32,000 nt of DNA. It comes from Horticoccus luteus. GTDB lineage: Bacteria; Verrucomicrobiota; Verrucomicrobiia; Opitutales; Opitutaceae. The position numbers and the translations under genes were made by a program. Below, piece after piece: positions 17,701 to 24,328 of this stretch; position 1 is the first letter of the stretch, and every line of letters starts with the position of its first letter. The notes beneath the pieces are model-generated. The model ran no database searches and was not told the origin of the DNA. It saw only the letters and a list, made by a program, of their open reading frames with translations. Where the stretch lies: contig NZ_CP080507.1 in NCBI RefSeq assembly GCF_019464535.1, forward strand, positions 120,001-152,000, written 5' to 3'.

Positions 17701-18031
17701 TGCGTTCGGCGAGGGGCGGGAGTTGGCCGGCGCGGACGAGATCGTCGAGGATCGGCGATTCGGCTTTGGGCCACCAAGCGGCGCGGGAGCCTTCGGCGTA
17801 ATCGACCTCACGCCAGATGACGGGCGGGTGCGCGGTGTCGGGATGCGGGTCGCGGGCGCGTTGCGCGACTTCGGCGGCGAGGGCGGACGGCATCGGCGGG
17901 CGATGCGCGAGGTCGGGGCGGAAGAACCAGCCGGTGGCGAGGATGAGCGCGCTCAACACGAGCGCCGCGGCGAAGGCGCCGAGGAGGAATTTCGCGGAGA
18001 AGCGGAGGCGTTTGAAGGCGGGAGCGGGCAA
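14714..18031 (-). CDS. Fusion protein: membrane-anchored family-5 (OppA/DppA-like) substrate-binding domain plus OppB/DppB-like ABC permease
   Basis: 1105 aa. The start is TTG at 18031 and is uncertain. N-terminal anchor FLLGAFAAALVLSALILATGWFF. SBP_bac_5-like region (LVRWSPQGYPIVPHLAKSWTSSPDKRVWTFTLRRGLRWSDGVPFTTDDILF). Extra TM LAHWLGAALSLALLAGFIWIAW (about 15751-15820). Then the OppB-like domain from about 15748 (RRVLTLIPTLAAISVIIFFIVQAPPGDF ... KPYVVAARAKGVRPLKLLLKYPVRIALNP). Confidence 0.85.
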   Translation of the reverse strand: MPAPAFKRLRFSAKFLLGAFAAALVLSALILATGWFFRPDLAHRPPMPSALAAEVAQRARDPHPDTAHPPVIWREVDYAEGSRAAWWPKAESPILDDLVRAGQLPPLAERIGPEPLVLEGVDGLGHYGGTWNRLATNPGDLEGILPTRLSYVSLVRWSPQGYPIVPHLAKSWTSSPDKRVWTFTLRRGLRWSDGVPFTTDDILFWWNYEVLYFNSDAVTDASFMRHAGRLGRIEKIDDLTLRFSFDTPNTLFLEKLASAFDYFRPVHYLKKYHPAIGDQKLIAETMRTMNLPSPYSVYIRLQSKLNPEHPRLWPWIYCEYKTSAPQTLVRNPYYFAVDPAGNQLPYLDRVLIDIKNKSLISASAAAGDLALQERHIDFEDYTLLASEAASHGYRLLHWYSGTRTMLQLSPNLNRAIDPHDPATAWKHRLLNTVDFRRALSLAINRREIITAVYNGVGVPAQTSPGPDSLFRDDRQFHSYTAYDPARANALLDSIGLTHRDREGFRTFPDGTRMTWMLNVAESFPPDAPYLIADQWARVGVRAIVQITVRTLWQVQQAALEHDFTVWPGLEEFMPMLDPRSFVAINGATFFAPTWGRWYQRGGLHDTPASHAAGLSGPPPGHPARRAMELYDLAQSAPDAATMRGYFHQILEIAADNLWSIGIATPPPALAVVKDGFRNVPDNLVAGYFFMTPANAGLETFFWDHPHDSPAAIAQMQQSLITPSRLPMLASADAAESGPRLAHWLGAALSLALLAGFIWIAWHHAFVWRRVLTLIPTLAAISVIIFFIVQAPPGDFITSKSMELSLNGDPSAGAQLEDLRKTFRFDEPPLQQYADWMGFKWFVTFRPADAGLLQGNLGRSMASNLPVNEILGDRLALTFVISFLTILVTWFIALPIGIYSAVKPYTLGDYFLTLIGFVGMSVPPFLLALVLMYASGEYFGVNVSGLFSVRYAADPAWSWGKFVDLLQHVWVPVIVLGVGSTAVMIRVMRANLLDELKKPYVVAARAKGVRPLKLLLKYPVRIALNPFVSGIASLFPQLVSGGAIVALVLSLPTIGPMLMMALLNEDTYFAASMLMLLSVLGAFGTLVSDLLLLWLDPRIRFTGGRK

Positions 18032-18143
18032 GAAGGAGGAAAGGAGGAGCGGAGGAAAAAGGGCGAGACGCCGAAGCGCAAATGAACGCGAAGGCGGAGT
18101 GGGGAAAGAGCGAAATGTGGCGGGCGAGGAGAGTGACGGGCGG

Positions 18144-18155
18144 GGGAATATTCCC
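18144..18155. promoter_or_regulatory. Perfect 12-bp palindrome GGGAATATTCCC upstream of the ABC fusion gene
   Basis: Lies in the 193-bp gap between the enolase-family gene stop (18225) and the fusion gene start (18031), about 113 nt upstream of that start. AT core within GC-rich DNA. Confidence 0.3.
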
Positions 18156-18224
18156 GAGCGGCGAGGAGCGGCGGAGGGTGGAAGAAGCGCAGTGAGTCGG
18201 GCGGGCGCGGTCTTACCCGGCAGG

Positions 18225-19373
18225 TCAGGCGGAGGCGACGCGTTCGAGGCGGGCGGCGGCGCGGGGGTCGAGCGTGAGGCCGAGGCCGGGCGCGGTGGAC
18301 AACGTGAGCTGGTCGCTATCGAGCGCGAGCGGCGTGAGAGAGAGGGAGTCGGCGAGGAATTGCGGGCCGTTGAGCGCGCAGGGTTGCGTGACGCCGCTCC
18401 ATGCGAAGAGGTGGGCGGCGGCGCTGAGCGAGAGATCGGGATCGGTGAGGCCGGAGCCGAGGACGCCGAGGCCGCGGTCGCGGAGAAGGCGGACGATTTG
18501 CGCGGAGGGCCAGAGGCCGGCGTTGCGGGCGGGCTTCATCGCGATGCCATCGAGGCATTCGAGGGCGATGAACTCGGCGGCGACTTCGGGCGCGAGGATG
18601 CCTTCATCCATGTAAATGGGGAGCGCGGCCTGGCGTTTGAGCGCTTGATAGCCGCGAATCTGCGTGGGCGGGAGCGGCGATTCGAGCACGTCGACGCCCG
18701 CGTCGCGCAGGCGCGGCGCGAGGGCAAGGGCCTCGGCGGGCGTGTAACCGGTATTGGCGTCGGCCCAGAGGAAACCGGCGGGCGCGAACGCGCGGACGCG
18801 GCGGGCGAGCGCGAGGTCGTAGTCGGCGGATTGGGGCGCGCCGACCTTGATGTTGAAGTTGCGGTAGCCGCGGGCGGCGCCTTCGGCGAGCTGGCGTTCG
18901 ACGACCTCCATTTTCGGCGACGCCACCGTCCAGCTCAACGTGAGCGTGGAGAGGGGCGCGGCGACGGGGGAAGGCCCGAGAAGTTGCGAGGCAGGCACGC
19001 CGCGCTGGTGGCCGACGAGGTCGTGACAGGCGAGGTCGAGGGCGGCTTTGCAGAGCGGTTGACCGACGGAGAACGCGGGGCGGATGGCGGCGTTCATGGC
19101 GGCGTGCAGGCCGGCGAAGTCGGCGGGATCGCGGCCGATGAGCAGGGGAGCGAGATGGTGCTGCAACGTGGTGAGCACGCTTTCGACGGTTTCGTAAGTC
19201 CACGAGGGCACGGGGACGGCCTGCCCCCAGCCGGTGACGCCGTCGGCATCGGTGAGGCGCACGAGCACGGAGGGGCGCGTGACGCGGCCGTCCGGGCCGG
19301 GGCGGAAGAATTTGAATTCGCCGGCGACGGCGTAGTCGAAGCGGCCGATTTCGACGGAAGTGATGGGTGACAT
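18225..19373 (-). CDS. Enolase-superfamily enzyme, mandelate racemase/muconate lactonizing (dipeptide-epimerase-like) subgroup
   Basis: Start at the ATG at 19373 (MSPITSVEIGRF). Capping domain DADGVTGWGQA. Barrel motifs FNIKVG, WADAN (Asp), VLESP (Glu), IYMDEG (Asp), IAMKPAR (Lys). Confidence 0.85.
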   Translation of the reverse strand: MSPITSVEIGRFDYAVAGEFKFFRPGPDGRVTRPSVLVRLTDADGVTGWGQAVPVPSWTYETVESVLTTLQHHLAPLLIGRDPADFAGLHAAMNAAIRPAFSVGQPLCKAALDLACHDLVGHQRGVPASQLLGPSPVAAPLSTLTLSWTVASPKMEVVERQLAEGAARGYRNFNIKVGAPQSADYDLALARRVRAFAPAGFLWADANTGYTPAEALALAPRLRDAGVDVLESPLPPTQIRGYQALKRQAALPIYMDEGILAPEVAAEFIALECLDGIAMKPARNAGLWPSAQIVRLLRDRGLGVLGSGLTDPDLSLSAAAHLFAWSGVTQPCALNGPQFLADSLSLTPLALDSDQLTLSTAPGLGLTLDPRAAARLERVASA

Positions 19374-19407
19374 CAAAGCGAGGGGAGCGGGAGGCGTGCG
19401 CCCGAGA

Positions 19408-20301
19408 TCAGGCGAAGGGGTTGAGCGCGGGGTTGCGCTCGAAGCGGGCGTGGACGTCGCGCAGATAATCGCGGGCGCGGCGGGCGGTTTCGTAGGGATC
19501 GCCGCCGAGGTCGTAGGCTTGCGAGACGATCGGGCCGCGGTAGCCGCGCGACCAGAGGAGGCCGAGGGCGGCGGCGACGTCGATGTTGCCATCGTCGAGG
19601 GGGCGCGTGCGGAAAGGTTCGGCGGGTTTGGGCCAGCCGTTGAGCACGGCGAAGTAGTCGAGTTGCTCCATGCCGGGTTGGGCGAGCACGTCGGGAAGGT
19701 CGGGGACGCCGAGGTGGAAGAACGCGTGGAAAAGCGCGAGGCCGGGACGGAGGACTTTCGCGCCGGCTTCGCGCAGCGCGCGGAGTTGCGCGGCGGGCGT
19801 GTCGATCATGAACCAGATGTGGTTGTAGAGATTGCCGGTGAGGCCGCGGGCGGCGAGGTGGGCATCGATTTCGCGGAGCATGAGCGCAGCGCGTTCCCAG
19901 TGGCGGGGCTCGGCTTGGGCGGAGCCGGCGTCGCGATAGTCGGGCGTGGACTGGCCGGCGGGGTTGCTGAAGATGGTGAAGTTGACGAAGGCGTGCGGGT
20001 CGAGCGCGGCGAGGCGGTCGATGATTTGTTTCGCGCGCGTGACCTCGGCGTCGAAGCGCGGGAACTCATCGTCGGTGATGCCCTTGGCGACAATATACAT
20101 GCCGGCGAGGTGGAGACCGCTCGCGCGGTAAGCGGCGGTGGCCTGGTCCCAGTTTTGATCGTCGTGGGGTTCGAGGGGGTGGAACTCGTAGCCGTCGAAG
20201 CCGAGGTCGGCGGCGACGGCGAGGCGCGTGCGCCAGGGATACGCGCGGCGGTGGCCGACGAAGTGGTTGTTGAAGAGGACGAGGGGATTGGGGAAGGACA
20301 T
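19408..20301 (-). CDS. Xylose-isomerase-like TIM-barrel protein (sugar phosphate isomerase/epimerase family)
   Basis: Start at the ATG at 20301 (MSFPNPLVLFNNHF). LGFDGYEFHP, LYNHIWFMIDTP and GPIVSQAYDLG are compatible with the AP_endonuc_2/XylA-like TIM-barrel family. Assigned by overall pattern only. Confidence 0.7.
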   Translation of the reverse strand: MSFPNPLVLFNNHFVGHRRAYPWRTRLAVAADLGFDGYEFHPLEPHDDQNWDQATAAYRASGLHLAGMYIVAKGITDDEFPRFDAEVTRAKQIIDRLAALDPHAFVNFTIFSNPAGQSTPDYRDAGSAQAEPRHWERAALMLREIDAHLAARGLTGNLYNHIWFMIDTPAAQLRALREAGAKVLRPGLALFHAFFHLGVPDLPDVLAQPGMEQLDYFAVLNGWPKPAEPFRTRPLDDGNIDVAAALGLLWSRGYRGPIVSQAYDLGGDPYETARRARDYLRDVHARFERNPALNPFA

Positions 20302-20336
20302 GGGTGAAGGGTGAGGCGGGCGGAGGGAGAGGGAGT

Positions 20337-20363
20337 GCGGGGTGGGGGGGCACCCCGCCCACA
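20337..20363. repeat. REP-like palindromic element, copy 2
   Basis: GCGGGGTG (20337-20344), gggggg loop, CACCCCGC (20351-20358), then ccaca. Lies in the 89-bp gap after the Gfo/Idh/MocA gene stop. Confidence 0.65.
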
Positions 20364-20390
20364 CTATTGGACGGAGACGGAGCGGGGCGT

Positions 20391-21458
20391 TTATTCGGCG
20401 ACGCGGATGGCTTGCTGCGTGCGGGCGGACGCGAGGACGGCGTCGAGGACGCCGTGGATGCGGAGATTGTCGGCGAGGGTGTTTGCGGTGGGGCGATCTT
20501 CGAGGATGGCGCGGCTGAGGTCGCGGATGGGGTTGACCATGGTGTCGTCCCAATTGGGCGGCGCATCGGGCAGGACGGTGGACTTGAGTTCATCGGTGCC
20601 GAGGTAGGCGTGATGGACCATGCCCGGGCGTTCGGGGAGCGGCATGAAATAGGTGTCGAGGCCGGCGCGCGTGCCGCGGAGCTCGATGTTGTGGCGGGAG
20701 GGGCCGTGTTCGGCGGCGCGGCGTTCCCAGTGAATCGTGAGGCCGTGATCGCAGATGATCTCGGCGCTGTAATAGCCGTCGACATCGAGGCACGGTGGCA
20801 CGCGTTCGGGGGTGAGCGGAAAGTAATGGCCGGTGACGGCGAAGACGACGCGGGGGCGGAAGAGATCGCCGAGGACGAACGCGAGCCAGTCGAGATCGTA
20901 AGGACCCCAGTCGAAGGTGATGCCGCCGCCGTTTTTCGCGGGGTCGTTGCGCCAGGGCGGAAGGGTGCTGCCGGGTTTGGGTGCGCCGATGACCTGTTCG
21001 TAGGAGACGCGGTAGAGGCGGCCCAGGTCGCCGGCGGCGATCAGGGCGCGGGCGCGTTGCGCGGTGCCGGTGGCGAGGTAGCGGGACGAGGCGCAGTTGA
21101 CCTTGAGGTGCGGGTGTTCGCGTTGCACGGCGAGCACGTCGCGCACTTCGGCCTGCGTGAGCATGAAGGGTTTTTCGCAGCAGACGTGTTTGCCGGCGCG
21201 AAGGGCCTCGATCGTCATCGGGCGGTGCAGGAAAGGCGGGGTGGCGAGATAGACGGCGTCGATGGCGGGGTCGGCGAGGAGCTCGCGATAATCGGCGACG
21301 ATGCGCGGCTGGCCGAGGGCGGGCGCGAGTTTCTCGGCGGCGGTGCGATTGACGTCGGCGAGAGCGACGGCGATGGAGTCACGGCCCTCGGTGAAGGCGC
21401 GGGCCATGTAGTTGGCGATGACACCGGCGCCGACGACGCCGTAACGGATGGGTTGCAT
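20391..21458 (-). CDS. Gfo/Idh/MocA family NAD(P)-dependent oxidoreductase
   Basis: 355 aa with an ATG start. Rossmann motif [15 protein letters not shown] and signature HVCCEKPF. No Tat or Sec signal. Confidence 0.9.
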   Translation of the reverse strand: MQPIRYGVVGAGVIANYMARAFTEGRDSIAVALADVNRTAAEKLAPALGQPRIVADYRELLADPAIDAVYLATPPFLHRPMTIEALRAGKHVCCEKPFMLTQAEVRDVLAVQREHPHLKVNCASSRYLATGTAQRARALIAAGDLGRLYRVSYEQVIGAPKPGSTLPPWRNDPAKNGGGITFDWGPYDLDWLAFVLGDLFRPRVVFAVTGHYFPLTPERVPPCLDVDGYYSAEIICDHGLTIHWERRAAEHGPSRHNIELRGTRAGLDTYFMPLPERPGMVHHAYLGTDELKSTVLPDAPPNWDDTMVNPIRDLSRAILEDRPTANTLADNLRIHGVLDAVLASARTQQAIRVAE

Positions 21459-21492
21459 GGATGGGAAAAAGAAGGGGCGGGCGAGGAGCGAT

Positions 21493-21524
21493 GCGCGGAG
21501 CGGGGTGAGGGCAGCCCGCCCACA
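21493..21524. repeat. REP-like palindromic element, copy 3
   Basis: gcgcggagcggggtgagggcagcccgcccaca. 30/32 identical to copy 1, with one mismatch in the 3' arm (CAGCCCGC). Lies in the divergent intergenic region 21459-21724. Confidence 0.65.
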
Positions 21525-21724
21525 GGGGATTGGGCGGCGGCGGGAGAAAGGAGTGAAGGAGCGAAGAGGAGAAGGAGGAGCGGGCGCGGGGCAGGGCGGC
21601 GGAGTGTGGGGCGTTTCGGCGGAGCGGGACTAGCTGAAAGACGTGAAAGTTTGCGCGCGATTTTTGTGGTGCAGCGTTGCGTTGCGAGAAACGGCGGCGG
21701 ATGACTCGCCGGAATTTTGCGCGC

Positions 21725-24085
21725 ATGAAACTCACCCCCATCAATTCGGCGGAAGCGATCCTTGAGGCGTTCTATGACGAACAGCTCAGCGGCTGGATGG
21801 AGCACTGGACGTGCGAGGGAGCGGCGGAAGGCCTCGCGCGAAAACAAGGGTGGGCGATGGCGGCGTACGAGTGGGCGCGCACGCCGGCGGACGAAAGCGT
21901 GGCGGCGATGCGGGCGGCGCGAACCTTCACGCCGCCGGTGCCGGCGGAGGATTACGACACGTTGATTTTCTCGATCGTGGCGCCGCCGGGATCGCGGGTG
22001 ACGTTGCGCGTGGGCACGGAGCGGGGCGAGCGGAGCAGCACGAGCACGCCGTTCGCGCACTTGAAACGCGAGTTGGGCGTGGCGCTTGAGGGCGCGCGGG
22101 AAGTGCGCGCGTTGAGCGTGGAAATTTTTGGCGATGCGGTGCGGGCGCCGGGGCCGGTGAGCGGTTGGTTCAACTGGATCGGCTTGCAGGAGCAGCGGCA
22201 GCTCGCGCGGCATTTGCGGCAGTTCGAGCGCTTCGATGCGCGGTGGGAGGACTATCTGAAGCCGGAGAGCTACGAACCGACGTTCGAGCCGGTTTACGGA
22301 CTGCATTTGACGGGAGCGGAACTGGCCGCGGCGCGCGGGCGGCTGGCGGCGGGCGGCGGGCGCGAGCGGTCGCCGCTGGAGGAGCTGGCGGTGGACGCGG
22401 CGCGCACGCCGCCGGAGCGGATGATGTCGGGCTTCGTGAATTTCTGGAACGACACGCGGTTCACGCGGGAGCGGGATTACGGGAAGCATTTGCTGACGCA
22501 TGGCGCGAATGCGGCGCAGGCGGCGGTGTTGTTTCGCGACCAGGCGCTGGGCCGGCTGGCGGCGCGCTATGCGATGGCGATGGCGCACAGCGAACGCTGG
22601 GACAGTGCGTTCGTGTGCTGGATGACGGGGAGCCTCTGGGAGCACCGGGCGTTTGTGCCGAGCCTGGTGATGTATGAGTGCGCGTTGATCCTGGATTTGT
22701 GCGGGGAGTGGTTCACCGACTATGGCCGCGATTTGATTTTGCGGCGGCTGGCGGAGGAAGGGCACGGGACGAACAACTACAACACGTGGTGGTGGGAGTA
22801 TTTGTTTTGGTGCAACCAGGCGGCGTGGTTCATGCCGGGGCGGATGTATGCGTATCTCGTGCTCGAGCGCACGATGCCGGCGCGGTGGACGCCGTATCCG
22901 CGGCCGGCGGAATCGCGCGTGGCGCCTTACACGGAGCTGGCGCTGGCGGATTTGATGGAGAATCTGCGGCGCGTGCTGCTGCCGGACGGCGGTTACACGG
23001 AAGGGCCGATGTATTTCACGTGGACGGCGCGGCAGGCGTTCATCTCGCTGTATTACTACGCCCGGGCGCGGGGGAAGGAGGTGCGCTCGCTGGTGCCGCC
23101 GGCGATGCTCGCGACGGCGCGCATGGCGGAGGTGCTGGTGTCGACCGACGATGCGGCGCAGATGATCATGATCTGCGATGCGCAATACCTGAATCAGGAG
23201 TCGCTCGCGGCGCTGGCGTGGTTGATGCCGGACTCGCACTGGGTGACGATTTTCCGAAAGTCGCTCGCGCACACGGGCGGGCAGCCGTTGACGTTGTTGA
23301 CGGCGAATTTGCTGGCGGAGATTCCGGCGGCGGGGCCGGCGTGGCGCGCGTGCGTGGAGATGAGGGACATCGGGCAGATGGCGTCGCACCGGCGGCTGGG
23401 CGGCGAATGGGTGAAATTGTTTTTGATGGGCAACCAGGCGGGGGCGTCGCACACGCACGAAGACAAGGGGAGCTTCGTGCTGGAGTTTGCGGGCGACAGC
23501 TTCGCGCTGGATTTCGGGATGTGCGATTACAGCAATCCGCTCGGCGATCTGATGAAGCATGCGCAGCGGCACAACATGCTTGTGCCGGTGGCGCCGGGCA
23601 TGCGGCCGCGGCCGGCGAATCCGATCCTGGCGGACATCACGCCGACGGGCAGCGGCGACGAGCGGGCGTTGCATGCGCGCATGGAACTGGCGGCGGGCTG
23701 GGAAGGGTGGTTCACGCGCTGGCAGCGCGCGTGGGATGCGGAGACGCCGGCGGAGTTGACGATCACGGATGAGTGGGAACTCGCGCAGGGGGAGGGCGTG
23801 GCGTTTCACTGGACGACGCCGCTGCCAATCGCGTTGAGCGACGACGGCCGCAGCGCGACGATCGAAGGCCGGCGCGGCCGCGCGCGGTTGACGTGGAGCG
23901 ATGAGGCGACGGCGGTGGTGGAGCAATTGCCGCTGGAAGAACCGAGGTGGAAGGACGTGATGCGGCAGCGGAAGGAGATGGCGCTCGTCGTGCGGCCGTT
24001 GCCGGCGACGCAGCCGCGCCTCACGCTCACGCAGCGCGGGCGGCGCGGTCGGCTGGTGGTGAATGTGAGGTTGGAAGTGAAGTGA
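21725..24085 (+). CDS. Heparinase II/III-like protein (polysaccharide-lyase-like), no signal peptide
   Basis: I prefer the ATG at 21725 (MKLTPINSAEAIL); the track start is 21677. The C-terminal GASHTHEDKGSFVLEFAGDSFALDFG matches the Hepar_II_III His-x-His-x-Asp motif. The central region looks like an alpha/alpha toroid (WWWEYLFWCNQAAW). Confidence 0.7.
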   Translation: MKLTPINSAEAILEAFYDEQLSGWMEHWTCEGAAEGLARKQGWAMAAYEWARTPADESVAAMRAARTFTPPVPAEDYDTLIFSIVAPPGSRVTLRVGTERGERSSTSTPFAHLKRELGVALEGAREVRALSVEIFGDAVRAPGPVSGWFNWIGLQEQRQLARHLRQFERFDARWEDYLKPESYEPTFEPVYGLHLTGAELAAARGRLAAGGGRERSPLEELAVDAARTPPERMMSGFVNFWNDTRFTRERDYGKHLLTHGANAAQAAVLFRDQALGRLAARYAMAMAHSERWDSAFVCWMTGSLWEHRAFVPSLVMYECALILDLCGEWFTDYGRDLILRRLAEEGHGTNNYNTWWWEYLFWCNQAAWFMPGRMYAYLVLERTMPARWTPYPRPAESRVAPYTELALADLMENLRRVLLPDGGYTEGPMYFTWTARQAFISLYYYARARGKEVRSLVPPAMLATARMAEVLVSTDDAAQMIMICDAQYLNQESLAALAWLMPDSHWVTIFRKSLAHTGGQPLTLLTANLLAEIPAAGPAWRACVEMRDIGQMASHRRLGGEWVKLFLMGNQAGASHTHEDKGSFVLEFAGDSFALDFGMCDYSNPLGDLMKHAQRHNMLVPVAPGMRPRPANPILADITPTGSGDERALHARMELAAGWEGWFTRWQRAWDAETPAELTITDEWELAQGEGVAFHWTTPLPIALSDDGRSATIEGRRGRARLTWSDEATAVVEQLPLEEPRWKDVMRQRKEMALVVRPLPATQPRLTLTQRGRRGRLVVNVRLEVK

Positions 24086-24184
24086 CGCGCCGCAATGAAA
24101 CGCCGGCGGATGAATCCGAGCGTTGGAAAAATCGATTGGACAGGCGCGGTGGCGTTTGCTGACGTGCCCGTCCACCGCAGCCAC

Positions 24185-24259
24185 ATGAACCAGCGCGCCA
24201 TCATCATCGCCGCGATTATTATTCGCCCTCACTCAGGGCGGAGGCGCATGGCTGTATAA
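24185..24259 (+). CDS. Ile-rich leader peptide (24 aa) of a putative ilvA attenuator
   Basis: ATG AAC CAG CGC GCC ATC ATC ATC GCC GCG ATT ATT ATT CGC CCT CAC TCA GGG CGG AGG CGC ATG GCT GTA TAA = MNQRAIIIAAIIIRPHSGRRRMAV. In-frame upstream ATGs at 24095 and 24110 could extend it. Below the 60-aa cutoff of the ORF track. Confidence 0.55.
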   Translation: MNQRAIIIAAIIIRPHSGRRRMAV

Positions 24260-24300
24260 GTTTACCGACAACAACCATTCACTTTCGAAAGCCCTGAGCG
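24224..24300 (+). promoter_or_regulatory. Attenuator alternative helices (1:2 hairpin and 2:3 antiterminator)
   Basis: CGCCCT (24224-24229) pairs with AGGGCG (24235-24240). CTCAGGGC (24232-24239) can instead pair with GCCCTGAG (24291-24298), which is the 5' arm of the terminator. Confidence 0.55.
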
Positions 24301-24326
24301 ATTCCCGCTCAGGGCTTTTTGTTTTT
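24288..24326 (+). terminator. Rho-independent terminator ending 2 nt before the threonine dehydratase ATG
   Basis: aaaGCCCTGAGCG-attcc-CGCTCAGGGCtttttgttttt. Perfect 10-bp GC-rich stem (24291-24300 / 24306-24315), flanking A/U pairs, and an 11-nt T-rich tail. Confidence 0.8.
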
Positions 24327-24328
24327 CC

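Noticed and set aside
14504-18085. 1193-aa plus-strand ORF antisense to the ABC fusion gene. Similar giant ORFs lie at 21215..24232 (-, 1005 aa), 28930..30900 (-, 656 aa) and 25490-28100 (several).
   Set aside because: They are G/E/A/R/D- or R/P-rich low-complexity translations lying exactly opposite or out of frame to genes with clear family motifs. This is a typical stop-codon-poor artefact of high-GC DNA.
24095-24184. A longer version of the ilvA leader ORF, starting at the in-frame ATG at 24095 (54 aa) or 24110 (49 aa).
   Set aside because: It cannot be excluded from sequence alone. The extra residues have no regulatory codons, and attenuator leaders are usually short. I report the 24-aa version and flag the uncertainty.
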